A stretch of DNA of 64,000 nt from Acidimicrobiia bacterium (lineage in GTDB: Bacteria > Actinomycetota > Acidimicrobiia > IMCC26256 > PALSA-610), in assembly GCA_038238245.1 (NCBI GenBank), contig JBBRXX010000003.1, forward strand, positions 21,486 to 85,485, given 5' to 3'. This document shows positions 1 through 8,979 of the stretch, piece by piece (position 1 is the stretch's first letter; every line of letters begins with the position of its first letter). The position numbers and the translations under genes are program-made. Under the pieces are notes generated by a model. That model worked only from the letters and a program-made list of their open reading frames with translations. It did no database searches and had not been told where the DNA came from.

Positions 1-658
1 CCCACGCGAGCTTGCGCGCGTCGAGGTCGACGCCGATGATCGTCCGGGCGCCCGCGAGTCGGGCCGCCGCGATCGCGGCATCGCCCACGCCGCCGCAGCC
101 GAACACCGCGACCGTGTCATCACGGCCTATCGCGCCGGTGTAGGTCGCCGCGCCGAAGCCGGCCATCACCCCGCAACCGAGGAGACCGGCGGCGGCGGCG
201 TCGGCCCGGGCATCCACCGGTGTCGCCTGCCCCGCGGCGACGATCGTCTTCTCCGCGAACGCGCCGATGCCGAGCGCGGGCGACAGGGCCGTGCCGTCCG
301 CGAGCGTCATCTTCTGCTGCGCGTTGTGTGTGCTGAAGCAGTACCACGGCCGGCCGCGCCGGCACGCCCGGCACTCGCCGCACACCGCCCGCCAGTTCAA
401 CACGACGAAGTCACCCGGCGCGACGCTCGCAACCCCCTCACCGACGGCCTCGACCTCGCCCGCGGCCTCATGGCCCAGCAGGTACGGGAAGTCGGCGCCG
501 ATACCGCCTTCGCGATAGTGGAGGTCGGTGTGGCACACGCCGCACGCCTGCACGCGCACCTTCACCTCGCCGGGTCCGGGGTCGGGCACGACGATCGTCT
601 CGACGGAGACCGGTTGCTTCACGCCCTTCGCGACGACGCCGCGCACCTCTTCGCTCAC
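1..658 (-). CDS. mscR: Zn-dependent class III alcohol dehydrogenase, MscR/AdhC-like (mycothiol-dependent formaldehyde dehydrogenase / S-nitrosomycothiol reductase family); C-terminus lies beyond window start
   Basis: Minus-strand translation [52 protein letters not shown]...[15 protein letters not shown]...[20 protein letters not shown] shows zinc-ADH ligand motifs and a class III ADH N-terminus. GTG at 656-658 chosen by N-terminal alignment to recalled MscR; in-frame ATG at 683-685 is an alternative. Absent from ORF track because the frame is open at the window edge. Confidence 0.8.
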   Translation of the reverse strand, partial: MSEEVRGVVAKGVKQPVSVETIVVPDPGPGEVKVRVQACGVCHTDLHYREGGIGADFPYLLGHEAAGEVEAVGEGVASVAPGDFVVLNWRAVCGECRACRRGRPWYCFSTHNAQQKMTLADGTALSPALGIGAFAEKTIVAAGQATPVDARADAAAAGLLGCGVMAGFGAATYTGAIGRDDTVAVFGCGGVGDAAIAAARLAGARTIIGVDLDARKLAW

Positions 659-660
659 GA

Positions 661-826
661 CCACATAGCTCCCTCGCTGCGCCATTCCTGGCTCCGCTGC
701 GTCCGCACGGTCACATGGCTCCCTCGCTGCGCCTTCCCTGGCCCCGCTGCGTCCGCACGGTCACATGGCTCCCTCGCTGCGCCTTCCCTGGCTCCGCTGC
801 GTCCGCACGGTCACATGGCTGCCTCG
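661..826. repeat. Tandem direct repeat: 50-bp unit x3 plus a partial fourth copy, filling the intergenic gap between the small upstream ORF stop and the ADH start
   Basis: Plus-strand units tcacatggctccctcgctgcgccttccctggc(t/c)ccgctgcgtccgcacgg at 711-760 and 761-810; diverged copy 661-710; partial copy 811-826. Read on the gene (minus) strand each unit carries GAGGGAG followed 4 nt later by ATGTGA. Confidence 0.85.
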
Positions 827-1122
827 AGCGGCGCGGTGAACATGGCCACCAGCTCCTTGGCCTCATCGGGCGCCCGCACACCGAGCAGGATCGCATCGCG
901 CGACACGGTCAGCGTGAACGTGAAGAACCCGCAGCAGTCGACTTCGCGTGCGACGAGGTCGGCGAGCTCGCTCGCGAGCGCCGGGTCGCGGGGAAAGGTG
1001 AGCTCGGCGCGGCCGTCGGTGAGCGTACGGCTCGACGCACGCGCGAGCATCCGCGCCCACTCACCACCGCGATCGACCTGCTGGTCCGGCGCGAGCGTGC
1101 ACGCGATCGGGATCTTGGTCAC
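811..1122 (-). CDS. Hypothetical small protein (~103 aa) with vicinal cysteine pair (VDCCGFFTF); GTG start overlaps stop of upstream dehydrogenase (GTGA)
   Basis: In-frame continuation after the TGA of the 1119..2063 gene: VTKIPIACTLAPDQQVDRGGEWARMLARASSRTLTDGRAELTFPRDPALASELADLVAREVDCCGFFTFTLTVSRDAILLGVRAPDEAKELVAMFTAPLEAAM. Strong GC3 bias. Shown in the ORF track only as the C-terminal tail of the spurious 811..1785 frame. Confidence 0.6.
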   Translation of the reverse strand: MTKIPIACTLAPDQQVDRGGEWARMLARASSRTLTDGRAELTFPRDPALASELADLVAREVDCCGFFTFTLTVSRDAILLGVRAPDEAKELVAMFTAPLEAAM

Positions 1123-2063
1123 GGCTTCACGATATTCGGCGGCGTCCCGCCCTCCAACACGGTGGCGACGGCCGACGTCGCCATTGTCGCCATGCGCGTG
1201 CGCGTGGTCTGCGACGCCGACCCGATGTGCGGCAGCAACACCGTTCGCGGGGCGCGCAGCAGCTCGGGCGAGATCTCGGGCTCCCGCTCGTAGACGTCGA
1301 GCCCGGCTGCGAACAACTGCCCGGCGCGCAGTGCGGCGGCCAGCGCAGCTTCGTCGACGACGGTTCCCCGGGCCGTGTTCACCAGCACCGCGGTCGGTTG
1401 CATCAGCGCGAGTCGACGGGCATCGATCAGGTGCTGCGTCTCGGCACCCCCCGGGACGTGCAGCGACACGATGTCGGCGTCGCCGAGCATTGCATCGAGA
1501 TCGGCGACGTAGCCCTCGTGGCTGGTGTCGTGGCGGGCGTGGTGCAGCACGCGCATCCCGAACCCCTCGGCGCGGCGCGCGACCGCGCGGGCGATGCGGC
1601 CGAACCCGACGAGTCCGAGCGTCGCGCCGTGCACGTCGCGCCCGAGGTACTGGGTGATGCCCCATCCCTGCCAGTGGCCGGATCGCAGGTCGCGCTCGGC
1701 GTCGGCGGCGAGACGCGACGCCGCCAGGATCAGCGCGAACGCGAGGTCGGCCGTCGTCTCGTCGAGCACAGCGGGTGTGTTGCACACCGGAATGCCGTGG
1801 TCGTGCGCGGCCCGCACGTCGATGTTGTCGTAGCCGACCGCGACGTTCGCGATCACACGCAGCGAGCTCGCGCCCGCCTCGATCACCGCCGCGTCGATGC
1901 GGTCGGTGAGCAGGCAGACGATCGCGTCACACGAGCGCGCCTGCGCGCTCAGCTCGTCGTGCGTGTACGCGGTGTCGTCAGGCTTCGGTCCGACGACCTC
2001 GTGGCCCGCGAGCGGGTCGAGCCCGCCGTCGGGCAGACGGCGAGTCACCAACACTTGGCCCAT
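1119..2063 (-). CDS. D-isomer-specific 2-hydroxyacid dehydrogenase (glyoxylate/hydroxypyruvate reductase, GhrB-like)
   Basis: 314-aa ORF with NAD-binding GLVGFGRIARAVARRAEGFGM and catalytic-domain pattern of the D-2-hydroxyacid dehydrogenase family. Confidence 0.85.
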   Translation of the reverse strand: MGQVLVTRRLPDGGLDPLAGHEVVGPKPDDTAYTHDELSAQARSCDAIVCLLTDRIDAAVIEAGASSLRVIANVAVGYDNIDVRAAHDHGIPVCNTPAVLDETTADLAFALILAASRLAADAERDLRSGHWQGWGITQYLGRDVHGATLGLVGFGRIARAVARRAEGFGMRVLHHARHDTSHEGYVADLDAMLGDADIVSLHVPGGAETQHLIDARRLALMQPTAVLVNTARGTVVDEAALAAALRAGQLFAAGLDVYEREPEISPELLRAPRTVLLPHIGSASQTTRTRMATMATSAVATVLEGGTPPNIVKP

Positions 2064-2072
2064 CGTGCGGGC

Positions 2073-2457
2073 TCAGTGCTCGGTGTAGTTGACGGCTCCC
2101 GCGCCGTCGACACCGACCGCGAAGCAGAAGCAGTGGATCGGCGCGTGGTCGCTGACCGGCCGGAGCGAGTGCACGGCGTTCGGCGGGATGTGCACGAGAT
2201 CGCCCTGGCTGATCTCGCGGTCCTCGCCTTCGATCGTCATGATCCCGCGTCCCGCCGTCACGTAATAGAACTCGTGGGTCGGATGGTTGTGCGGGTCCAC
2301 GAGACCGCCGCCCGCAACCTCGAACTCGCTGACGAGCTCCAGGTGTCCGCCCTTGGTGATGTCGAACATCTCGCGGGGGTTCACCAGCCACCACACCGGC
2401 ACGGTGCCGTTGTGCTCGACCACCGGCTCGACGTCCTCGATCGACCGCACGTCCATC
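2073..2457 (-). CDS. Cupin domain protein
   Basis: C-terminal 127 aa of ORF 2073..3119 (MDVRSIEDVEP...HNHPTHEFYYVTAGRGIMTIEGEDREISQGDLVHIPPNAVHSL) has two-His cupin motifs; upstream part of that ORF is Arg-rich non-coding. Confidence 0.65.
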
Positions 2458-2567
2458 TCGCAACCTCCGTAATGTGCTGAGTCGCCCGGAGGCGAAGCCG
2501 TGCGGGCGACGTGGCCCGAGCGGCCCGCAGAGCGGGAAACTTGGTGAAGCGTACGCCAGGAGGCGTG

Positions 2568-3077
2568 ATGGGCGACCTGAAGACCGTCGGGCTGAAGCCG
2601 GTCGAGGCGACGATCGAATCGTTCGCGCCCTACGGCGTGCTGCCGCCGGACGAAGGCGACGGCAACCCGACCGCCGATCTCGAGTTCCTGTTGCACGATG
2701 GTTGGGTCAACTACATCGGCCACTCGCTCGACGAGATCGAGGTGCGCGACGGCCGCCTCCGGTGCGAGCTGCTCAACCGGCACGACACCCACACGCAGAC
2801 GCTCATGCCGCTCGACACCGACGCGATCGTGGTCGTGGCGCCCCCGGCCGCAGACTTCTCCGAGCCCGCGCATTTCGACGCGGTTCGGGCGTTCGCGCTC
2901 CCGCGCCTCACGTGTGTGCACCTGCACCGCGGCACCTGGCACTGGGGCCCGTATCCGGTGGGTGCCGAGCACGTACGCATGTTCAACATCCAAGGACGCG
3001 GCTACCCGAACGACAACGGCATCGTGTGGCTGACCCGTGATCACGGGGTCGTCTTCGAGGTCGCGGCTCAAGTCTGA
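2568..3077 (+). CDS. Ureidoglycolate lyase (AllA family)-like protein
   Basis: Motifs ESFAPYG, NRHDTHTQTLMPL and LHRGTWHWGPY resemble the AllA family. ATG 2568 is preceded by GGAGG at 2558-2562. Confidence 0.6.
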   Translation: MGDLKTVGLKPVEATIESFAPYGVLPPDEGDGNPTADLEFLLHDGWVNYIGHSLDEIEVRDGRLRCELLNRHDTHTQTLMPLDTDAIVVVAPPAADFSEPAHFDAVRAFALPRLTCVHLHRGTWHWGPYPVGAEHVRMFNIQGRGYPNDNGIVWLTRDHGVVFEVAAQV

Positions 3078-3135
3078 GGCGCCAATCGCTCGATGTAGTG
3101 GGGAAACGGACCGGGGCACTCAGGAGGGGGGAGCC

Positions 3136-3855
3136 ATGCCGGCGACGGTGACGACACTGGATCGTGAAATTGCCCGGGAGGAGCGCTCGGTCGGACTCCC
3201 GACCGACCAGCCGTTGACCGACCGCGCGATCGCGCAGCGGCGCGTGCAGATCGCGGCCGTGCTGTTGATCTGCGGCTTCGTGGCGTTGTTCGCCGTGTTC
3301 GCATCCTCCGGGGTGCTGCAGATCTCCGCGATCGCACTGGCAGGCGGGTTCGGGATGTACGCGATCGAACAGGACCGGCATCTCCGACGACTCGCGTTGC
3401 TGCGCGGTGACTCGCGGCGCATCACGCTCGTGGTCGCGGGCGAGCTCATATATTCCGGTGCGCTCGCGAGCGACCGGGAGCTGCTTGATCTGCGGGAAGG
3501 CGTCGGCAAGACCGCGGGGCGCCTCGCGGCCGCGCTGGCCGACGTCGTGCCGGCCGAGTGCACGCGCGTCCGGTTGGTCGGGCCGTCGGGTGAGGTGCCG
3601 ATCGCCGCCGAGCGCGAGCTCGTCCCCGGACGATCTGTCACCGACGACGGCGCGCCCGCGGAGGAGGCGATGCGCATCGGCGCGCCCGTGCGCAAGGAGG
3701 TCGGCGGTCGCACGGTGCTCGCCGTGCCGTTGTGGCGGCGCGACGACCTCGTCGCTGTGCTCGAGGCCGTGTCGCCGCCGGGGGAGCTGTACGAGCCGGT
3801 CGATGCCGCGCTCGTAGACTCCTTCGCCCGCGGCGCAATCGCAGCACTCTCCTGA
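3136..3855 (+). CDS. Hypothetical membrane-anchored protein (two N-terminal TM helices plus a cytoplasmic domain)
   Basis: ATG 3136 preceded by caggagggggga; hydrophobic stretches IAAVLLICGFVALFAVF and ISAIALAGGFGMYAI; high GC3. Confidence 0.55.
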   Translation: MPATVTTLDREIAREERSVGLPTDQPLTDRAIAQRRVQIAAVLLICGFVALFAVFASSGVLQISAIALAGGFGMYAIEQDRHLRRLALLRGDSRRITLVVAGELIYSGALASDRELLDLREGVGKTAGRLAAALADVVPAECTRVRLVGPSGEVPIAAERELVPGRSVTDDGAPAEEAMRIGAPVRKEVGGRTVLAVPLWRRDDLVAVLEAVSPPGELYEPVDAALVDSFARGAIAALS

Positions 3856-3876
3856 GCGGCGGTAGCTTCGCCGCCT

Positions 3877-4641
3877 GTGGGTGAGCTCGAAGGACGGGCC
3901 GCGCTCGTCACCGGTGGCGCGTCGGGGATCGGCGCGGCGACCGCGCGGCTCTTCGCGGAGCAGGGCGCAATCGTCGGCGTGATCGACCGCGCGGGCGCAT
4001 CGGGCGAGCACACGTTCGACGTCGACGTGCGCGACGGCGACGCGGTGACGCGCGCCGTGAACGAGTTCGCCGACGCGGTCGGCGGCCTCGACGTGTTCGT
4101 CAACAACGCGGGAGCAGGTGACCTCCGACCGTTGCACACCGTCGACGACAAGCTGTGGCACCGCCTCATCGACGTGAACCTCACCGGCACCTACCACGGC
4201 ATGCGCGCCGCGGTCCCGCTCATGCTCGAGGCGGGCGGCGGATCGATCGTCAACAACGCGTCACTGTCGGGCTTCATGCCGACCCGCAACGAAGCGGCGT
4301 ACTCGGCCGCCAAGGCCGGAGTGATCGCGCTCACGAAGAGCGGTGCCCTCGAGTACGGGCCGACGGTGCGGGTGAACTGCGTTGCTCCGGGTCACGTGCG
4401 GACGCCGCTGACGTCGGTGTGGGACCAGTTCCCGGAGGCGTTCGCGCCCATCGCCGACGCGCTGCCGTTGCGACGCATCGGCGAGGCCGATGAGGTGGCG
4501 GAAGTGATCCTCTTCCTCGCGTCCGATCGCGCGAGCTACATCACCGGGCAGACCGTCGTCGTCGACGGTGGCGCATCCCTCCCGCAGGCCGGGACCGATG
4601 CCGCGCTCGCCCGGCTCCTCGACGACCTCTCGGGCGCCTGA
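3877..4641 (+). CDS. SDR family oxidoreductase (3-oxoacyl-ACP reductase-like)
   Basis: ALVTGGASGIGAATA Rossmann motif, NNAG, and the catalytic YSAAK motif. Confidence 0.85.
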   Translation: MGELEGRAALVTGGASGIGAATARLFAEQGAIVGVIDRAGASGEHTFDVDVRDGDAVTRAVNEFADAVGGLDVFVNNAGAGDLRPLHTVDDKLWHRLIDVNLTGTYHGMRAAVPLMLEAGGGSIVNNASLSGFMPTRNEAAYSAAKAGVIALTKSGALEYGPTVRVNCVAPGHVRTPLTSVWDQFPEAFAPIADALPLRRIGEADEVAEVILFLASDRASYITGQTVVVDGGASLPQAGTDAALARLLDDLSGA

Positions 4642-4779
4642 GTTTCAGACGTCCCGGCCAGCGCCGATGACACGCACGTGTTCGATCCCTCGTCGATGCC
4701 GATCGGCGTGGAGACGCGAACGAACCTGCGTCATGAGGTGCCTCTCGACACCTCGCGGACGCAGGTTCGCCGGAAAACT

Positions 4780-5733
4780 TTAGACGGCTTCGAGCAGCTC
4801 GCGGGCGCCGACGTCCGCAGACGGGTGCCGCAGCTTCGACATGGCCCGGGCCTCGATCTGGCGGATCCGCTCGCGGGTGAGGCCGAAGTGCTCGGCCACT
4901 TCCTCGAGCGTGCGCTCGCCGCCGCCGTCGAGACCGAAGCGCAGGGTCAAGATCGTGCGCTCCCGCTCGTCGAGCACCGACAGGACCTTGGCCACCTCGT
5001 TCGGCAGCAGGCTCGTGGCGGCATGATCGAACGGCGCAACCGCATTGCGGTCCTCGACGAAGTCGCCGAGCTCGGCGTCGCCGTCGTCGCGTACCGGCTC
5101 GTCGAGCGAGACCGTGTCGACTGCATAGCGGAGCACCTCGACGACCTTCTCGAGCGGCAACTCGGCTTCTCGCGCCAGCTCGGCCAGCGTCGGCGTGCGG
5201 CCGAGCGTGCCTTCGAGCGACGCGCGCAGCTTGAGCAGCGCGGTGAGCATGTCGCCGGCGTGGACGGGAAGCCGGATCACCCGGGCCGAGTTCGCGATGC
5301 CGCGCTGGATCGCCTGACGGATCCACCACGTGGCGTAGGTCGAGAACTTGAAGCCCTTGCGCCAGTCGAACTTGTCGACCGCGTGGATGAGACCGAGATT
5401 GCCCTCCTGGACGATGTCGAGGAGAGGGAGTCCCGAGCTCTGGTACTTCTTGGCGATCGACACGACCAGCCGCAGGTTCGAGTTCACGAACTGGCGGTGG
5501 CCCTCTTCACCTTGGCGGATCGCGCGACGAAGCTGGCGCCGTTGTGTGGGCGTCAGCTTCTTGGCGGTCTCGAGCTGCGCTCGCGCGGCAACGCCGCCTT
5601 CGATGGCTTGGGCGAGGCGGATCTCGTCGTCCTTGGTGAGGAGGTCATGACGACCGACGTCCTCGAGGTAGAGACGGACGAGATCCTCGTAGTCACGGTC
5701 TTCGCGACGTGGTTTCACGTGCTTTGCGGGCAT
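4780..5733 (-). CDS. RNA polymerase sigma factor, sigma-70 family group 2 (SigB-like)
   Basis: Regions 2-4 conserved: LDIVQEGNLGLIHAVDKFDWRKGFKFSTYATWWIRQAI, RLPVH, LTLRFGLDGG...TLEEVAEHFGLTRERIRQIEARAMSKLRH; 317 aa. Confidence 0.9.
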   Translation of the reverse strand: MPAKHVKPRREDRDYEDLVRLYLEDVGRHDLLTKDDEIRLAQAIEGGVAARAQLETAKKLTPTQRRQLRRAIRQGEEGHRQFVNSNLRLVVSIAKKYQSSGLPLLDIVQEGNLGLIHAVDKFDWRKGFKFSTYATWWIRQAIQRGIANSARVIRLPVHAGDMLTALLKLRASLEGTLGRTPTLAELAREAELPLEKVVEVLRYAVDTVSLDEPVRDDGDAELGDFVEDRNAVAPFDHAATSLLPNEVAKVLSVLDERERTILTLRFGLDGGGERTLEEVAEHFGLTRERIRQIEARAMSKLRHPSADVGARELLEAV

Positions 5734-6010
5734 TGCTTCACTTTCAACGGCGGACGGTGGAACTGGCTGTGAGATCTCTTCGTACGATCAATATCGGCCG
5801 GACGGCCTCGAAGGGCGAGCACCCTTGGGAAACGCCGGCGCCCGGGGAGGTTGTTCCCCAAGGCTGAGGAAGTGCTGGGGGGGAAACGTCGGACGGGCAG
5901 CGGCCGGAGCCGGTCCCAGAGCGTAACGGATCCGAGCCCCGCTGTCGAGTTGGAATAATGGCTCTGACCAGGCCAAACGCGCCTTCACGAGCCGTTCACA
6001 ACCCGGCCAA

Positions 6011-7390
6011 TCAGTGCCTTGCCGACCCGTTGGACCATACGTGCATGGCGCCGTAGGCCCGCCAGGGACGCCATGCCTCGGCCCGCCGGCCGACGTCCTC
6101 ACCGAGGGCTTTGCGCAGGCCGAGGTCACGGGCCGGGAACGCATCGCGTTCACCGCAACCCCGCATAGCCACGTACTGCGCGGTCCAGTCGCCGAACCCG
6201 GGGAGCGTGCGCAGCGCCTCGAGGGTCGGTCCGAGCCCGGCGCCGACCTCGAGATCGATCCGGCCCGACGCGATCGCACCGGCGAATCCGTTGACAGCTC
6301 CCGCCCGGGCGCCGGTCAGGCCCACCCCGCCGAGATCGGCCCGCGCCAGCCGGCGGGGCGACGGGAAGAGATGCGTCAGGCCCAGTGGCTCGATGCCGGG
6401 CACGGACCGCCCGTGCGCGGCGACGAGCCGTCCTGCCAGCCGCGTCGCGGCCGCCACGGAGACCTGCTGGCCGAGCACTGCCCGGACGCCGACCTCGAAC
6501 GGGTCGATCGCGCCGGGCACGCGGAGCCCGGGCCGGGCGCGCACGAGCGGACGCAGCACGGCGTCGCGCGCGAGGACCGGGTCGATCGCCCGCGGGTCGG
6601 CGTCGAGGTCGAACAGCCGGCGCACGCCGCCGACGACATGGACGAGACCGTCGAACGCGGGCAGGTGGGCGCGGAGCCGGAGCGCGTTGCGGTCGGGTTC
6701 GTTCCATACCTCGAGCACGCCGGGCGCGCCCGCCACTTCGAGCGTGCGCCGGTAGACACCGGCGTCGACGTCGACTGCCTCGACCCCCGGGATCGCGCGC
6801 GGCGCCAGGAACGCGAGCAGCGCGTCCCACGCCAGCGGCGGGCGGTACGGCACGCGCAGCTCGAGACCGCCGTCGGTGACGCACCGGTCCGGCGCGCGGC
6901 GGCGAGCGCGCAACTCCAGCGGCGTGAAATGGAACACGTCCTTCATCACGCGGTTCATCTGCCGCACGCTGTTGAACCCGGCCGCGTCGCTGATGCGCGC
7001 GACCGGCAGATCGGTGTCGTCGAGCAACCGGCGCGCGAAGTGCGCGCGTCGCGACCGCGCCACCTCGGCCGGTGTCGCGCCCACGTGCGTGTCGAACAGC
7101 CGGCGCAAGTGGCGGGCGCTGACACCGAGGCGTGCCGCGAGGTCGTCCTCGGTGGCGCCGTCGAGCGCGCCGTCCGCGATGCTGCGCAGCGCACGGCATA
7201 CGAGCTCGGGCGCATCGACCCAGCCCGGATCCGGCTCCCGGTCGGGACGGCATCGCAGGCACGGCCGGAATCCGGCGGCCTCGGCCGCGGCCGCGTACGC
7301 ATAGGGCCGGACATTGCGGCGCAGCGGGGTTCCCGGACAGCCGGCCCGGCAGTAGATCCCGGTCGTGACGACGGCGGTGAACTGGCTCAT
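6011..7390 (-). CDS. alkA: Ada-AlkA fusion protein: Ada Zn-finger methylphosphotriester-acceptor domain + AraC-type HTH + DNA-3-methyladenine glycosylase II
   Basis: Start MSQFTAVVTTGIYCRAGCPG...CLRCRP (Ada N-terminal Zn site), AraC HTH (ARISDAAGFNSVRQMNRVMK), C-terminal AlkA HhH-glycosylase region. Upstream 177 codons of track ORF 6011..7921 are Arg-rich and rejected. Confidence 0.85.
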   Translation of the reverse strand: MSQFTAVVTTGIYCRAGCPGTPLRRNVRPYAYAAAAEAAGFRPCLRCRPDREPDPGWVDAPELVCRALRSIADGALDGATEDDLAARLGVSARHLRRLFDTHVGATPAEVARSRRAHFARRLLDDTDLPVARISDAAGFNSVRQMNRVMKDVFHFTPLELRARRRAPDRCVTDGGLELRVPYRPPLAWDALLAFLAPRAIPGVEAVDVDAGVYRRTLEVAGAPGVLEVWNEPDRNALRLRAHLPAFDGLVHVVGGVRRLFDLDADPRAIDPVLARDAVLRPLVRARPGLRVPGAIDPFEVGVRAVLGQQVSVAAATRLAGRLVAAHGRSVPGIEPLGLTHLFPSPRRLARADLGGVGLTGARAGAVNGFAGAIASGRIDLEVGAGLGPTLEALRTLPGFGDWTAQYVAMRGCGERDAFPARDLGLRKALGEDVGRRAEAWRPWRAYGAMHVWSNGSARH

Positions 7391-7416
7391 CGGTTGCGTT
7401 CTAGCCCATCGCGATA

Positions 7417-7454
7417 GACAGATCCGGACATCGAGCCGTGTGTCCGGATCTGTC
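7417..7454. promoter_or_regulatory. Perfect 14-bp inverted repeat GACAGATCCGGACA-N10-TGTCCGGATCTGTC in the divergent alkA/ogt intergenic region
   Basis: Direct reading of 7417-7430 and 7441-7454; lies 27 nt upstream of the ogt ATG and 27 nt from the alkA start. Confidence 0.6.
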
Positions 7455-7480
7455 TCGCACGTCTGACGTACAACAGCAGC

Positions 7481-7960
7481 ATGACCACCGAACTTGCAGT
7501 CGTGATGTTCCCCCTCGGGTCGTTCCGCGCGGTCGTCGAGGATGGCGTCGTGCGCGCCGCGACCTTCGACGCGACCCCACAGCAACCACGTCGAGACCGA
7601 TGGGACGTCCACGTCGTACTGAGCGCGTACTTCGACGGCGATGTCGACGCCCTCGACAGCATTGCGGTCGAGCCCGATGGCGGCACCAGCTTCCAACGCG
7701 ACGTGTGGAAGCACTTGCGCGAGGTTCCTGCCGGTTCGACGATCTCCTACGGAGAGCTGGCGCGCCGCGTCGGGCGGCCGAGCGCTTCGCGCGCCGTCGG
7801 TATGGCGAACGCGGCGAATCCGGTGACGTTGATCGTGCCGTGCCACCGCGTCGTGCGCAGCGGTGGCGCCCTCGGCGGCTACGCGTACGGCACCGACTAC
7901 AAGCGCTGGCTGCTGGACCACGAGTCGAAACTGCTCGCGGTCTCGGCGCCGGTCGCGTAA
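7481..7960 (+). CDS. ogt: Methylated-DNA--protein-cysteine methyltransferase
   Basis: Active-site PCHRVV motif and the DNA-binding domain of the Ogt/Ada-C family; 159 aa. Confidence 0.9.
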   Translation: MTTELAVVMFPLGSFRAVVEDGVVRAATFDATPQQPRRDRWDVHVVLSAYFDGDVDALDSIAVEPDGGTSFQRDVWKHLREVPAGSTISYGELARRVGRPSASRAVGMANAANPVTLIVPCHRVVRSGGALGGYAYGTDYKRWLLDHESKLLAVSAPVA

Positions 7961-7967
7961 CCCCGGG

Positions 7968-8933
7968 TCACACCGCCGCCGGTCGGCGCGGCGACCGCAA
8001 TCCTTCGAGGACGACGGCTCGTTCCGGCTCGCGGAGTTGGGTGCCGGTCTCGAGGAACGCGGCGGCCACGATGTCGTTCACGTGTGATTCGCTCATGAAG
8101 TCCGCGGTGACGTGCGCGAGCACCTCTTCGCCGGGTTCCAGCACCAGGGTGCGAATGCCCTTGCGTTCGACGATTGCCAGCTCACGGAGAAGCTGCGATC
8201 GGGCGCGCTCGCGCACCACACGCTCCAGCGAGTACCGCGGCAGCGTCGCGGTCGTCGACATCGGCGAGACCCCGATCACGAGATCGAGGTCGCAGTGGCG
8301 CAGCGCGTCGGCGTTGGTCGGTGACCCGATCCCGCCGTCGACGTATTGCTCGCCGTCGACGATGACCGGCGCGAAGTAGCCGGGCACTGCACACGATGCC
8401 GCGACGGCGGCGGTGAGCCCGTCGGCCGGAATGCGGCTACGGCCGAAGACGACGCGGTGACCACTCCGGCGGCGGCACGCGGGCACGAACAGCTTCTTGT
8501 CCGGCCACCCCGTACCGAGGAAGTCGAGGTGCTCGCGAAGTGATCGATCTCCGTCCGCGAGGTGCATCACGAGCGCACGCATCGGATCGAACCGGTGCGG
8601 GTGCCGGATCGCGGACCATACGGCGTGCGGATGCGGGACGCGCGGCAGGCGGAGGAACATGCGCATCGACACCGGATCGAAGTCCGGGTGTAACGCATCC
8701 GAGAGTGCCACGCCGTCGGGAGACAGTGCCGCGCCGACCGTCCAGGCTGCGAGATCGCTCGCGGGAACGTTCGACCGCAACAAGGCGCCGATGAGCGAGC
8801 CGGCGCTCGTTCCGACGATGACCTCGGCGGTGCGGGCGTCCCACCCGAGGTCCTGTTCGAGCGCGGTCAGCGCACCTGCGTGATATGCCGCGCCGACGAC
8901 GCCACCGGCGCCGAGCACGAGCCCAACCTTCAC
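7968..8933 (-). CDS. Patatin-like phospholipase
   Basis: GxGxxG (LVLGAGGVVG) and catalytic GTSAG motif. Confidence 0.85.
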   Translation of the reverse strand: MKVGLVLGAGGVVGAAYHAGALTALEQDLGWDARTAEVIVGTSAGSLIGALLRSNVPASDLAAWTVGAALSPDGVALSDALHPDFDPVSMRMFLRLPRVPHPHAVWSAIRHPHRFDPMRALVMHLADGDRSLREHLDFLGTGWPDKKLFVPACRRRSGHRVVFGRSRIPADGLTAAVAASCAVPGYFAPVIVDGEQYVDGGIGSPTNADALRHCDLDLVIGVSPMSTTATLPRYSLERVVRERARSQLLRELAIVERKGIRTLVLEPGEEVLAHVTADFMSESHVNDIVAAAFLETGTQLREPERAVVLEGLRSPRRPAAV

Positions 8934-8979
8934 AGAGGTCCGACTTCCCTGACGCGCGTGGAATGAAACGCTTCTGACG

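Noticed and set aside
326-1785. Long plus- and minus-strand ORFs (326..1657, 715..1293, 811..1785) with Arg/Ala/Pro-rich translations overlapping the ADH and dehydrogenase genes
   Set aside because: Antisense or out-of-frame shadows typical of 70% GC DNA; no motifs, extreme Arg content. The real genes are in the other frame or strand.
2983-4197. ORFs 2983..4197(-), 3120..4190(-) and similar 300-400-aa Arg/Ser-rich frames
   Set aside because: Overlap well-supported genes on the opposite strand and lack any domain signature. High-GC artefacts.
5734-6010. Possible ECF-type promoter (GGAAC ... GTT) upstream of the sigma factor gene
   Set aside because: The spacer I counted is 19 nt rather than the 16-17 typical of SigE/SigH promoters, so no call made.
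6014-7417. ORFs 6014..7417(+) and 6150..7262(-) inside alkA
   Set aside because: Arg-rich (>25% R) alternative frames of the Ada-AlkA gene.
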